Assembly (NCBI GenBank): GCA_005809105.1
Contig: SYLI01000018.1
Coordinates: 195 to 64,194, forward strand
Direction: 5' to 3'
Source of the DNA: Verrucomicrobiales bacterium
Lineage (GTDB): Bacteria > Verrucomicrobiota > Verrucomicrobiia > Limisphaerales > UBA1100
DNA length: 64,000 nt
Below are positions 9,515 to 19,279 of the stretch, piece after piece. Position 1 is the first letter of the stretch, and each line of letters opens with the position of its first letter. The notes beneath the pieces were generated by a model, which saw nothing but the letters and a program-made list of their open reading frames with translations, made no database searches and was not told the DNA's origin. The translations under genes were made by a program, and so were the position numbers.

Positions 9515-9577
9515 ATGGAGTTGCCCGCACGAAGCCTTGTGCTTGATGGGAGGGGCGCAATCGAGGAAAATCAAACG

Positions 9578-10798
9578 ATGCTCCCGAAGGTTTTCTTTCC
9601 ATTCATCGCCGCCCTGGCCATTGCCGGGGCGCCCCCTGCGGGGGGCAATCAACCATTGCCGTGCGCAGCACCTCCGCAGGGGAAGGGGATGTTCACTGAG
9701 CACTTGATCGCCGATAAGTACGGCTACGCCTACGGTGTTGCCGCGGCGGACTTGGATGGGGATGGCGACTTGGACCTGACCAGTGGCGACACGCGCGGCG
9801 ACGCGCTCTACTGGTTTGAGAATAATGGCACCGGGAGTTTCCGCAGACATTTCATCCAGCAGAATGAACCCGGCTGGTTCGAGCGCCACGCCGTGGGGGA
9901 TATCAATGGCGATCGCAAGCCCGATGTGGTCGTGGTTAAAAACCTCCACGGCCACTTGGTGTGGTTTGAGAACAGCGGCAAGCCCGCCGCCAGCGCCGCT
10001 TGGAAGCGGCATGTCATCACCACCGATTTGCAGCGCGCTTATGACGTCGTGCTCTTGGACCTCAATGCCGACGGGCGGCTGGATGTCGCCGCTTCGGCTT
10101 GGAATGGGAACCACATCGCGTGGTTTGCCAATCCGGGAAATGCGACGGCGGGGCAGATGTGGCGCAAGGAGATGATTGATCCGCAGCTTGCGGAATCGCG
10201 GACAATCCGCGCGGCCGATTTTAACGGTGATGGTCGCGCCGACCTGCTGGCCACCGGCAGGCTTGCCAACGTTACGGCGTGGTACGAGCGGACGGCCGAC
10301 GCCGCCGCAACGTGGAAGCGTCACGTCATCGATGAGAGGTCGCCCCAGCCCGTGCATGGGCAGCCGGTGGACTTGGATGGCGATGGCGACATGGACGTGG
10401 TGATGGCGCTGGGGATGCTTGCGGCGGCGGGGCAGCCGGAGACGAATGCGGTGGTGTGGTACGAGAATCTGGGAAAAGGTGCGCAGTGGAAAAAGCATCT
10501 CGTGGGAGACCTGCCCTTTGCCTTTGAGGCCGTGGCGGCAGACTTGGACGGCGACCGTGACCTTGACGTGGTGGGCACGGCGTGGGGCGGAACGGGGCAG
10601 GTGGTTTGGTTTGAGAACAGCGGCGACGCGAAGGCCCGTTGGGTGCGGCATGTGATCAAGGGTGCGTGGCCGCGCGCCAACCAGCCGGTGATCGCCGACT
10701 TGGATGGAGACCGGCGCCCTGACATCGCAGCCACGGCGGAGAATGGTTCCAACGAACTGCGTTGGTGGCGCAATGTCCTAGGGAAACCGCGCCCGTGA
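9578..10798 (+). CDS. FG-GAP/VCBS repeat protein
   Basis: Repeated D.DGDGD.D / D.NGD motifs (ADLDGDGDLDL, DINGDRKPDVV, DLNADGRLDV, DFNGDGRADL, DLDGDGDMDV, DLDGDRDLDV, DLDGDRRPDI). Candidate starts are 9515, 9578 (signal-peptide-like) and 9689. Confidence 0.8.
   Translation: MLPKVFFPFIAALAIAGAPPAGGNQPLPCAAPPQGKGMFTEHLIADKYGYAYGVAAADLDGDGDLDLTSGDTRGDALYWFENNGTGSFRRHFIQQNEPGWFERHAVGDINGDRKPDVVVVKNLHGHLVWFENSGKPAASAAWKRHVITTDLQRAYDVVLLDLNADGRLDVAASAWNGNHIAWFANPGNATAGQMWRKEMIDPQLAESRTIRAADFNGDGRADLLATGRLANVTAWYERTADAAATWKRHVIDERSPQPVHGQPVDLDGDGDMDVVMALGMLAAAGQPETNAVVWYENLGKGAQWKKHLVGDLPFAFEAVAADLDGDRDLDVVGTAWGGTGQVVWFENSGDAKARWVRHVIKGAWPRANQPVIADLDGDRRPDIAATAENGSNELRWWRNVLGKPRP
9631..9657 (+). 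repeat. Hairpin + GCAATCA motif, copy 3
   Basis: GCCCCC-TGCG-GGGGGC stem-loop followed by AATCAACCATT. Confidence 0.7.
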
Positions 10799-10904
10799 AT
10801 GACCGCGACACGCTTTGCCTTGATGCGCGCACAACGGCGCATGTGAGGTGATTAGGAGGTGTGTTCACTCCATTAGGCGCAGGCATCGATTGCAAAAAAC
10901 ACCT

Positions 10905-10920
10905 TGTGAAAGAAATCACA
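10905..10920 (+). promoter_or_regulatory. Perfect CRP/FNR-family-type palindrome TGTGA-N6-TCACA upstream of actA
   Basis: Read directly: TGTGAAAGAAATCACA, 58 nt upstream of the actA ATG and 7 nt upstream of the candidate -35 hexamer. Confidence 0.45.
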
Positions 10921-10927
10921 AATCCAC

Positions 10928-10955
10928 TTGCACCGAAGTTCGGGTTCAGTATCAT
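10928..10955 (+). promoter_or_regulatory. Candidate sigma70-type promoter of the act operon (TTGCAC-N16-TATCAT)
   Basis: The hexamers match 5/6 (-35) and 4/6 (-10) of the TTGACA/TATAAT consensus with 16-nt spacing. The -10 ends 22 nt before the actA ATG. PVC promoter consensus is uncertain. Confidence 0.35.
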
Positions 10956-10977
10956 GCGCCGGGTTTTGCGTTCTTAG

Positions 10978-11628
10978 ATGTCCAACATCTTTCCAAAATG
11001 GACCAACCGGCTGCCGCTTTTGGTGCTGGTGGGCGGGCTGCTACTGGGTGGCGGCGTGGTGACGGGGGTGACCTATTATTTTACGCCCAAGTACGCCAAC
11101 GTCGGCTACCAGCCGTTGCAGCCGGTTTCCTTCTCGCACAAGATTCACGCCGGGGAACTGGGCATGGACTGCCGCTACTGCCACAACGGCGTGGAGAAGT
11201 CGTGGTTCTCGAACGTGCCGGCGGCTTCGACTTGCATGAACTGCCACGGGGTGGTGCTCAAGGATGACCCGCGGCTGGCGCCGGTGCGCGAGAGCCACGA
11301 GAAGCACACGCCGCTGCCCTGGGTGCAGATCCACAAGACCCCGGACTACGTCTACTTCAACCACTCGGTGCACGTGAATCGCGGCATCTCCTGCGTGCAT
11401 TGCCACGGCAAGATCACGGAGATGGACGAGGTGCGGCATGAGAAGTCCTTGAGCATGGCCTTCTGCCTCGACTGCCACCGCAACACCCACGAGAAGATTC
11501 GCCCCTTGGAGCAGGTGTACAACCTGGACTGGAAGGGCGAGGGCTTCGCGCCTGAACGCGAGGGCCGCGCGCTGGCTGGCAAGCTGGGCGTGGAGGGCTC
11601 GCAGAGCTGCTCGGTCTGTCATCGATGA
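10978..11628 (+). CDS. actA: Alternative Complex III subunit ActA, pentahaem cytochrome c
   Basis: N-terminal TM helix plus five CxxCH motifs (CRYCH, CMNCH, CVHCH, CLDCH, CSVCH). First gene of the act cluster. Confidence 0.85.
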   Translation: MSNIFPKWTNRLPLLVLVGGLLLGGGVVTGVTYYFTPKYANVGYQPLQPVSFSHKIHAGELGMDCRYCHNGVEKSWFSNVPAASTCMNCHGVVLKDDPRLAPVRESHEKHTPLPWVQIHKTPDYVYFNHSVHVNRGISCVHCHGKITEMDEVRHEKSLSMAFCLDCHRNTHEKIRPLEQVYNLDWKGEGFAPEREGRALAGKLGVEGSQSCSVCHR

Positions 11629-14600
11629 GCGCACTCGATTCTCAAATGGAAGGCGCCCCGGGAGTGCAGTACTGGCGCGGTTTGCAGGCCCAGGGGCTGC
11701 TGCCCGAAAACGTGCCGCACACCGCCCTAGAATTCCCGAAGGATGCGGACCGGATGGATCCGGATTTTTCGCGCCGCGACTTCATGAAGTTGATGGGCGC
11801 CTCCTTTGGTCTGGCCGGTCTTGCTGGACTCGGGGTGGCGTGCCGGCGTCCGGTGGAGATGGTCGTGCCCTTTGGGCAACAGCCCGAAGGCTACACGCAC
11901 GGCGTCGCGCAGTATTTCGCCAGCGCCCGGCCCACGCGCACCGGCGCGGTGCCTCTCCTGGTGGAATCGAACGAAGGCCGGCCCACCAAGGTCGAGGGCA
12001 ACCCGGATTTCCCTGGTGGCAATGGCAGCACCGACCTGCATACGCAGGCGGCGATTCTCAATCTGTATGACCCCGACCGCGCGTCGGTCTTCCGGGGCGA
12101 GAAGGGTGAAACGCTGTCGCGGTCGGAGGCGCTTCAAAAATTGCGCACCGACGTCGTGCCGACGGCGCGCAACAACAACGGCGCGCACGTGGCGTTTTTG
12201 TTGGAGCCGGGCACATCGCCCACTCGCCTGCGGCTCCTGGCTCGCGTCAAGGAGACGCTCCCCGCCGCGAAATTCTACCAATGGGATCCGCTGGGTTTGG
12301 ACGTTTCTGCACGCGCGTCGGAAGCCGCATTTGGCAAGCCGGTGCGCCCTCACTACCACCTGGACCGGGCCGACGTGATTCTGTCGCTGGACTGCGATTT
12401 CATCGGTGGTGAGGAGGACTCGCACCGGCACATTCGCGATTTCGCCCGGGGGCGCAAGCTCAACACGACCACGGCGCGCAACATGTCGCGCCTCTACGTC
12501 GTGGAGCCGCTGATGACCCTCACCGGCGCCAGTGCCGACCATCGACTGCGCCTGCGTGCGGGCGACGTGGCCGGAGTCGCCGCGGCCCTCGCAGGGCGGC
12601 TGGGGTTGCCGGGGTTTGACGACAAACACCTTCCTTCCTCGGTGAAGGCCTCGTGGCTCGATCAATGCGCTGGCGACCTGCGCGGTGCATCCGGCAGGGT
12701 CGCGGTGCTGGCCGGGCACCGCCAGCCGGCCGCCGTGCATCAACTGGCGCAGGCGCTCAACGAAGCCCTCGGAGCCATCGGCGTTGAGGCCGATCACAAG
12801 CGGCCGGTGGAAATGCTTCCCGGCGTTCATCCAGCGGATGACTGGAAGGCGCCGGTGCACGGAGGCCTTGATGAACTGGTGAGCGAACTCAATGCCGGAA
12901 GGGTGCGCGAGCTTGTCATTCTTGGCGGCAATCCCGCCTACACCGCGCCGGCGGACTTGAACTGGGCCCAAGCCCAGGCCAGGGCCAAAACCGTCGTGCG
13001 GTTGGGCGATCATGCCGACGAATCCTCGCGCGGTTGCACGCTGCATCTGGGAAAAGCGCACTTTCTGGAATCGTGGGGCGACGCGCGAACCACCGACGGA
13101 ACTCTCGTGCCGGTGCAGCCGCTCATCCAGCCTTTGTTTGGCGGCTTGTCCGAGCTGGAGGTGCTTGCGGAATTTGCCGGTGTCAACCGTGCCGGCGCGC
13201 ACGAGCTGGTGCGCGAAACGTTCCGCGAGTTGACCGGCGCCGAGAACTTCGAGGATCGCTGGAAGCAGTTTCTCCATCAAGGCTTCTGGCCCGGAAGCGA
13301 ATCGCCGGTGGAGGCCGTCAAAGGTGCCAAGACCTCGCCTCTGGCGCCGGCGGGCGAGGGGCTTGAGGTGATTTTCACGCGTGATCACAGCGTGGAAGAC
13401 GGGCGTTATGCCAACAACGGCTGGCTGCAGGAGCTGCCCGATCCCATCACCAAGATCACTTGGGACAATGCCATTCTCGTGAGCCGCAAGACGGCCGAGG
13501 CTCAAGGCTGGCAGAACGGGTTGCGCCTTGCATTGACCGTGGGGCCGCGCTCGGTGGAGGGGCCGGTGTGGATCCAGCCCGGCCAGGCCGACGGCACGCT
13601 GGCGCTGGCGCTGGGGTATGGCCGCGATCCGAAGGCCTTCGGCGGGCGCATTGCCTGCTTTGGTGGCAAGGCCGTGGGTTTTAACGCCTACGCCATCCGC
13701 ACGGCGGGGCGCCTGCATTTTGATTCCGGCGCCAAGGCGGCACTGGCGCGCGGCACTCACAAGTTCTCCTGCACGCAGGATCACTGGTCGATGGAAGGTC
13801 GCGCGATTGTGCGCGAGGCCAATCTGGAGGGCGAATCCGGGTATGCCAAGAAGCCCGACTTCGCGCGGCAGATGGACTTGGACGCGCCCGAGCACGCGCG
13901 TCACACGATTGATCCCAAGACCGGCAAGCCCTATCAGATTTACGAGCACCCCTACAACGAGCGGCCCAAGCTCAAGAATGCGGCCGTCCAGTGGGGCATG
14001 TCGATTGACCTCAACTCCTGTGTCGGCTGCAACGCGTGCGTGGTTGCCTGTCAGAGCGAGAACAACATCCCCATCGTGGGCAAGGAGCAGGTGGGCAAGG
14101 GGCGTGAGATGCACTGGCTGCGCATCGACCGCTACTACACCGGGTTTGCCGGCGACCCCCACCACCGCGACACCGGGACGGATGCCGGGCAGTCGGCCCT
14201 TCATTGGATTGACGATCCGCAGGTGGTGCAGCAGCCCATGCTCTGCCAGCACTGCGAGTCGGCCCCGTGCGAAAGCGTCTGCCCCGTCAACGCCACCGTC
14301 CACGACGACGAGGGCTTGAACGTCATGGTGTACAACCGCTGCATCGGCACGCGGTACTGTTCCAACAACTGCGCATGGAAGGTGCGCCGGTTCAATTTCT
14401 TTGATTACAACAAGCGGCCGATCACCGCGCTCTACCAGGGGTTCCTCGCCAGCGTGGAGAAGGACGATCCCGGCGCGTGGGACGTGCTCAAGCTGGCGAA
14501 AAATCCGGACGTCACGGTGCGCATGCGCGGCGTCATGGAAAAATGCACCTACTGTGTGCAGCGCATCGAGCAGGCGAAGATCGCCCGCAAGCTCGCGGCC

Positions 14601-14999
14601 AGCCGTGAGTATCGCGACGCCGTGGCGCGTGATGGCAAGGGCCACGCGGTGGACGCGGTGGTGCCCGACGGGACTGTCCGGACGGCCTGCCAGCAGGCGT
14701 GCCCGGCGGAGGCAATCTCGTTTGGCAACATGGCCGATCCAGAGAGCCTCGTCTCGCAGTTGAAGCGGCTGCCCCGCAACTACGCGGTGCTGGGTTTCCT
14801 GGACACCAAGCCGCACACGACCTACCTGGCGCGCGTGCGCAATCCCAATCTCAAGGTGCCCGGCCCGTACGACGGCTACTACACCAAGCCGCTCAGCTCG
14901 CAGGACTACGACTCCAAGGCCGCGCATCCTGATGCGCATGGCACGCAGGGTGATCACGGCGCCGCGCCGGGGAGCCACAAAGAAGGAGGGCAGCCATGA
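11625..14999 (+). CDS. actB: Alternative Complex III subunit ActB (molybdopterin-oxidoreductase-like + Fe-S domains)
   Basis: Twin-arginine signal [10 protein letters not shown]. Large MopB-like N-terminal part. C-terminal ferredoxin-type clusters [44 protein letters not shown] overlap with actA. Confidence 0.9.
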   Translation: MSALDSQMEGAPGVQYWRGLQAQGLLPENVPHTALEFPKDADRMDPDFSRRDFMKLMGASFGLAGLAGLGVACRRPVEMVVPFGQQPEGYTHGVAQYFASARPTRTGAVPLLVESNEGRPTKVEGNPDFPGGNGSTDLHTQAAILNLYDPDRASVFRGEKGETLSRSEALQKLRTDVVPTARNNNGAHVAFLLEPGTSPTRLRLLARVKETLPAAKFYQWDPLGLDVSARASEAAFGKPVRPHYHLDRADVILSLDCDFIGGEEDSHRHIRDFARGRKLNTTTARNMSRLYVVEPLMTLTGASADHRLRLRAGDVAGVAAALAGRLGLPGFDDKHLPSSVKASWLDQCAGDLRGASGRVAVLAGHRQPAAVHQLAQALNEALGAIGVEADHKRPVEMLPGVHPADDWKAPVHGGLDELVSELNAGRVRELVILGGNPAYTAPADLNWAQAQARAKTVVRLGDHADESSRGCTLHLGKAHFLESWGDARTTDGTLVPVQPLIQPLFGGLSELEVLAEFAGVNRAGAHELVRETFRELTGAENFEDRWKQFLHQGFWPGSESPVEAVKGAKTSPLAPAGEGLEVIFTRDHSVEDGRYANNGWLQELPDPITKITWDNAILVSRKTAEAQGWQNGLRLALTVGPRSVEGPVWIQPGQADGTLALALGYGRDPKAFGGRIACFGGKAVGFNAYAIRTAGRLHFDSGAKAALARGTHKFSCTQDHWSMEGRAIVREANLEGESGYAKKPDFARQMDLDAPEHARHTIDPKTGKPYQIYEHPYNERPKLKNAAVQWGMSIDLNSCVGCNACVVACQSENNIPIVGKEQVGKGREMHWLRIDRYYTGFAGDPHHRDTGTDAGQSALHWIDDPQVVQQPMLCQHCESAPCESVCPVNATVHDDEGLNVMVYNRCIGTRYCSNNCAWKVRRFNFFDYNKRPITALYQGFLASVEKDDPGAWDVLKLAKNPDVTVRMRGVMEKCTYCVQRIEQAKIARKLAASREYRDAVARDGKGHAVDAVVPDGTVRTACQQACPAEAISFGNMADPESLVSQLKRLPRNYAVLGFLDTKPHTTYLARVRNPNLKVPGPYDGYYTKPLSSQDYDSKAAHPDAHGTQGDHGAAPGSHKEGGQP

Positions 15000-16474
15000 G
15001 CGCGCACGCGCCCACGGATTCGTCGCCCGCGTACAGCACCACGACGCCGCCCGAATTGCAGCGGGTGCCGCTGGTGTTGGGGCAGCGGTCGCTGGGTTGG
15101 ATTTCCGATAAGATTTCCAGCATCGTCGAGGGCGACACCCCGCGTTGGTGGTGGTACGCGTTCATCCCCAGTTTCCTCATCGCGACGCTGGGCTTCGCGG
15201 CCATCGGCTACATGATCACGACGGGCATCGGCGTGTGGGGCCTCAACAACCCGGTCATGTGGGGCTGGGCGATCGTCAACTTCGTGTGGTGGATCGGCAT
15301 CGGCCACGCCGGCACGCTCATCTCGGCCATCCTCTTTCTGCTGCGGCAGAAATGGCGCACGTCCATCAACCGCGCTGCGGAGGCCATGACCATTTTTGCA
15401 GTGATGTGCGCGGGCATTTTCCCGGCCATTCACGTGGGACGCGTGTGGTATCTGTGGTATCCGCTGCCGATTCCCAATGGCAACGACATCTGGCCCCAGT
15501 TTCGTTCGCCTCTGTTGTGGGACGTGTTCGCGGTGTCTACCTACTTCACGGTGTCGCTGCTCTTCTGGTACATGGGATTGATCCCCGATCTGGCAACGCT
15601 GCGTGATCGGCTGAGGGTTCAGGCGCTGCGACTGACCGATCCAGCCGCGAAGTTCATCAACAAAGCCAAGCAGGCGCTTTATGGATTCTTCGCGCTGGGT
15701 TGGACAGGCTCCAACCGGCATTGGAGCCACTACGAGAAGATGTATTTGCTTTTGGCGGGGCTCTCCACGCCGCTGGTGTTGTCGGTCCACTCCATCGTGT
15801 CCTTCGACTTTGCCGTGTCGCAGGTTCCCGGATGGCATACCACGATCTTCCCGCCGTACTTTGTGGCGGGGGCGATCTTCAGTGGATTTGGCATGGTGCT
15901 GACGCTGATGATTCCAATGCGCAGCCTCTTCAAGCTGGAAGAGATCATCACCGAGCGCCACATCGAGCTGATGTGCAAGGTGACCCTGGCGACCGGCTCC
16001 ATCGTGGGCTACGCCTACGGGATGGAATTTTTCATCGCTTGGTACGGGGGCAGCCCCTACGAGCTCTACGCGTTCAAGAACCGCGCCTTTGGACCCTACT
16101 GGTGGGCCTACTGGATCATGGTGAGCTGCAACGTCATCAGCCCGCAGTTCTTCTGGTTCAAGAAAGTGCGCACCAACATGGTGGCGGTGTTTGTCCTCTC
16201 CATCTTTGTCAACATCGGCATGTGGTTTGAGCGCTTCGTGATTGTCGTGACGTCGCTGCACCGTGACTTCCTCCCCGCCAGCTGGGGCCATTACGGGCCG
16301 ACCTGGGTGGACGTGGTCACCTACGTGGGCACGATGGGCTTCTTCATGACGCTCTTCCTGCTCTTCATCCGGTTCCTGCCGCTGATCGCCATTTCCGAGG
16401 TGAAGGGGGTCACTCCGCAGGCCGATCCCCACCATGAACTGGGCGGCGCGACACGGGAAGGAGCCCGCGGATGA
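14996..16474 (+). CDS. actC: Alternative Complex III subunit ActC (NrfD/PsrC-like quinol-interacting membrane subunit)
   Basis: 492-aa polytopic membrane protein of NrfD type, directly after actB with an ATGA overlap. Confidence 0.9.
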   Translation: MSAHAPTDSSPAYSTTTPPELQRVPLVLGQRSLGWISDKISSIVEGDTPRWWWYAFIPSFLIATLGFAAIGYMITTGIGVWGLNNPVMWGWAIVNFVWWIGIGHAGTLISAILFLLRQKWRTSINRAAEAMTIFAVMCAGIFPAIHVGRVWYLWYPLPIPNGNDIWPQFRSPLLWDVFAVSTYFTVSLLFWYMGLIPDLATLRDRLRVQALRLTDPAAKFINKAKQALYGFFALGWTGSNRHWSHYEKMYLLLAGLSTPLVLSVHSIVSFDFAVSQVPGWHTTIFPPYFVAGAIFSGFGMVLTLMIPMRSLFKLEEIITERHIELMCKVTLATGSIVGYAYGMEFFIAWYGGSPYELYAFKNRAFGPYWWAYWIMVSCNVISPQFFWFKKVRTNMVAVFVLSIFVNIGMWFERFVIVVTSLHRDFLPASWGHYGPTWVDVVTYVGTMGFFMTLFLLFIRFLPLIAISEVKGVTPQADPHHELGGATREGARG

Positions 16475-17001
16475 GCCGCGCCCACGGCATTCTGGCGGAG
16501 TATCCGACGCCCGCGGCGGCGATGGCGGCGGCCGTGCGCGTGCGCGACGCAGGCTACTCGCGATGGGACGTGCACACGCCCTTTCCGGTCCACGGGATGG
16601 ACGAGGCGATGGGCCTCAAAAACTCGCCGGTGGGCTGGTTCACTTTTCTGGGCGGCTTGAGCGGCTACACGGGCGGCATGCTCATGATCTGGTTCATGAA
16701 CGCCTACCACTACGACATCGTGGTGGGCGGCAAGCCGCTCTTCAGCGGGTTTTATGCGTTCCCCGTCTGCTACGAGCTGACGATCCTACTCGGCGCCTTC
16801 GGCTCGATTCTGGGCATGCTCATCCTCAACCGGCTGCCGCGATGGCATCATCCGCTTTTGAGCAACCTGCGCTTTGCGCAAGTCACGCACGACAAGTTTT
16901 TCCTCGTCATCGAATGCGACGACGTGAAGTACGACGAAGCCCGCGCCCGCGCCCTCCTGCAAGCAGGCGCGGACCACATCGAGATGGTGGAGGACGACTA
17001 G
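16471..17001 (+). CDS. actD: Alternative Complex III subunit ActD
   Basis: 176 aa. N-terminal [10 protein letters not shown]....[16 protein letters not shown] signature followed by two TM helices. ATGA overlap with actC. Confidence 0.8.
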   Translation: MSRAHGILAEYPTPAAAMAAAVRVRDAGYSRWDVHTPFPVHGMDEAMGLKNSPVGWFTFLGGLSGYTGGMLMIWFMNAYHYDIVVGGKPLFSGFYAFPVCYELTILLGAFGSILGMLILNRLPRWHHPLLSNLRFAQVTHDKFFLVIECDDVKYDEARARALLQAGADHIEMVEDD

Positions 17002-17002
17002 C

Positions 17003-17701
17003 ATGCGCCTCATTTTTGCAGGAATGGCGGTGTTGGTGCTGCTCGTGGTGGGGCTCTTGGGATTTCGGGGCAGCTCCTCTCGCAAGCCCCCGCTGGAAAT
17101 CTTTCCCGACATGGACCGCCAGCCCAAGCTGCGGCCCATGGAGCCCAACCGGTTTTTCCCCAACGGAATCAGCTCGCAGCCCACGCCCGAGGGGGCCGTG
17201 CCCCGCAGCCGCCCCGTGGTGGACCGTGAAGGCCGCAAGGTTTTCCCCTACCAGAATGACCATCCGGTCAACAGCGGGCGGGTCGCCGGCACCACCAACT
17301 ATCTGACTCTGTCGCCGCTGCCGGTATCGCGCGAAGTCGTCGCGCGCGGTCGCGAGCGTTACGCCATCAGCTGCGTGCCCTGCCACGGCGAACTGGGCGA
17401 CGGGCAGGGCATGGTCACCCGCATGGCCGTGGGCATGGCGGCTGCCAATCTGCATGATCCGGCCATCGTGCGCATGGCCGACGGCCAGCTTTACCGCACG
17501 CTGGCCTTTGGCAGCAAGGAAGGGCAGGGAGTGATGAAGGGTTACGCTTCGAACATCGACGTGGCCGACCGCTGGGCCATCGTGGCCTACCTGCGCGCCC
17601 TGCAGTCCTCGCGCCTTGCCAGCCTCGAGGAATTGAAGAGCTTGGAGAAGGCTCAGCCGGGCACCGTGCCCGCCGCGCTCTTGCAGCCCAAATCGAATTG
17701 A
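17003..17701 (+). CDS. actE: Alternative Complex III subunit ActE, monohaem cytochrome c
   Basis: N-terminal TM anchor, single CVPCH haem motif, and a downstream Met-containing segment. Starts 1 nt after the actD stop. Confidence 0.8.
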   Translation: MRLIFAGMAVLVLLVVGLLGFRGSSSRKPPLEIFPDMDRQPKLRPMEPNRFFPNGISSQPTPEGAVPRSRPVVDREGRKVFPYQNDHPVNSGRVAGTTNYLTLSPLPVSREVVARGRERYAISCVPCHGELGDGQGMVTRMAVGMAAANLHDPAIVRMADGQLYRTLAFGSKEGQGVMKGYASNIDVADRWAIVAYLRALQSSRLASLEELKSLEKAQPGTVPAALLQPKSN

Positions 17702-17703
17702 CG

Positions 17704-18891
17704 ATGAGCGCCCACGCCACTGCCGCCGCGCACGCCCACGCCGAGGATCATGTCCCGACGATGTGGGAGCGCCTTCCTTGGATGGCGGCGGCGCTGGGCT
17801 TTTTGGGTTGTCTGGCCGGCTACGTGTTCGAGGGGCCCAAGAATTTTGCGCACGCGTATCTCGTTGCGTTCATGTTTTTCCTGAGCCTCGGGTTGGGCGC
17901 GTTCTTCCTCGTGGTGATTCACCACCTCTTTGATGCGTACTGGTCGGTGCCCACCCGTCGGTTTCTGGAACACCTGGCCTGTCTGCTCCCGTGGATGGCG
18001 CTGTTCTTCCTGCCCATCGGTCTCTTGAGCGGCGACCTTTACTACTGGATGAACGTGGATCCTGCAAAGGATCACTCGCTGGCCGTCAAGCAGGTGCTCT
18101 TTAACAAGGCCACTTGGGGCGTGGCCAGTGCAGCCCTCTTCGGGATCTGGTGGCTGTGGACGCACCGGCTGCGCGGCTGGTCGCTGCGCCAAGACGAGAC
18201 GGGCGCGGCCGAGTGCACGACTGCCATGCGCCGCTGGGCGGCCTCGGGCATCTTCGTGTTCGCCTTTTCGCTCACGGCCGCGGCGATTTTCTGGATGAAG
18301 TCGCTGGAGCACCAGTTCTTCTCCACCATGTACGGCGTGTACTACTTTGCGGGGAGCGTGTGGATGACGCTGGCCACGGCCTACGCCATCGCGCTGCTGT
18401 TGCGGCGTTCAGGGCGTGTGCCGATGATGGGCCAGGAACAATTCCACAGCCTCGCCAAGCTGCTCTTCGCCTTCACAGTGTTTTACGCGTACATCCACTT
18501 CTCGCAGTACTTCCTCATCTGGAACGCCGCCATGCCGGAGGAAACCTTCTGGTACGCCAAACGCGAGCAGGGCACCTGGGCCATCGTGGGCTGGGTGATC
18601 ATCCTCGGCCACTTTGTGCTGCCCTTCCTGGTGCTGCTGCGCATCGATGCCAAGCTCAGCACCAAGGTCGTCATTCCTATTTTCGTCTGGGTGTGGCTGA
18701 TGCACCATCTGGATCTCCAGTTTAACATCATGCCACTGGTGCAGCCCGAGGGCCCGGCCTTCCTGATTTCCACCTTGGGTGCGCTGCTGTTCATCGGTGG
18801 CCTGCTCGCTGCGCTGTTCCTCTGGGACCTGCGCCGGCATCCGGCCTTCCCGTTAAAGGATCCGCGCATGGGAGAGGTGGTCCGCCACTGA
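17704..18891 (+). CDS. actF: Alternative Complex III subunit ActF (second NrfD-like membrane subunit)
   Basis: Polytopic membrane protein related to ActC. ATG 17704 lies 2 nt after the actE stop; the ORF-track start at 17698 is a TTG. Confidence 0.8.
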   Translation: MSAHATAAAHAHAEDHVPTMWERLPWMAAALGFLGCLAGYVFEGPKNFAHAYLVAFMFFLSLGLGAFFLVVIHHLFDAYWSVPTRRFLEHLACLLPWMALFFLPIGLLSGDLYYWMNVDPAKDHSLAVKQVLFNKATWGVASAALFGIWWLWTHRLRGWSLRQDETGAAECTTAMRRWAASGIFVFAFSLTAAAIFWMKSLEHQFFSTMYGVYYFAGSVWMTLATAYAIALLLRRSGRVPMMGQEQFHSLAKLLFAFTVFYAYIHFSQYFLIWNAAMPEETFWYAKREQGTWAIVGWVIILGHFVLPFLVLLRIDAKLSTKVVIPIFVWVWLMHHLDLQFNIMPLVQPEGPAFLISTLGALLFIGGLLAALFLWDLRRHPAFPLKDPRMGEVVRH

Positions 18892-18892
18892 C

Positions 18893-19276
18893 ATGAGCAA
18901 TCCCGGCACCCATTCCAATCATCGCGGCTGGCAGGCCTACGAAGTGGCGGCCGTATTGCTCGTGGTGCTCCTGGCCGTGTGGGTTTGGGGCCGCGCGCTT
19001 GAAGGATCGCGTGGCGAGGCGCCGGGCACGGCGCGCGCCAAGGAGCGTCAGGACAAGCTCACGCAAAGCCGCGAGCAGGCGCGTCAGGAACTGGAAAGCT
19101 TTGGCGCTCTGGATGGCCAGCGCTTCCGCATTCCCGTCAGCAGGGCGATGCAAGAGGCCGCCGATGCGATGGCCAAGGATCCGGCCGCCTTCCGCTCCGA
19201 CCTGCTCCAACGTCTTCCGCCTGCGCCAGAGACCCCCGCGGCACCGGTGGCACCGGCGGGCAACCAGAGCAACTGA
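18893..19276 (+). CDS. Small single-TM protein in the ActG position (hypothetical)
   Basis: 127 aa with one TM helix (AAVLLVVLLAVWVW) and a charged/Pro-Ala-rich tail. Starts 1 nt after the actF stop and ends 3 nt before the next gene. Confidence 0.5.
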   Translation: MSNPGTHSNHRGWQAYEVAAVLLVVLLAVWVWGRALEGSRGEAPGTARAKERQDKLTQSREQARQELESFGALDGQRFRIPVSRAMQEAADAMAKDPAAFRSDLLQRLPPAPETPAAPVAPAGNQSN

Positions 19277-19279
19277 TTC

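Noticed and set aside
8990-9520. Calling the low-G+C islet a mobile element.
   Set aside because: It has no transposase or integrase, no terminal inverted repeats and no clear target-site duplication. Only compositional deviation and flanking motif copies support mobility, so I report it as a finding and not as a mobile_element feature.
7812-9657. Interpreting the hairpin+GCAATCA repeats as integron attC sites bounding gene cassettes.
   Set aside because: The core does not fit RYYYAAC/GTTRRRY. No intI-like integrase or attI is visible in the window. The hairpins are far shorter than attC bottom-strand structures.
11727-14978. A 1083-aa ORF antisense to actB, and similar very long antisense or alternative-frame ORFs (for example 14954..16435 -, 9473..10651 -, 53880..55937 -, 33957..36077 +, 62475..63893 +).
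   Set aside because: They have Arg/Gly/Pro/Ala-dominated, low-complexity composition with no recognisable motifs. Each lies opposite a gene with strong family signatures. Such ORFs are the expected artefact of stop-codon-poor high-G+C DNA.
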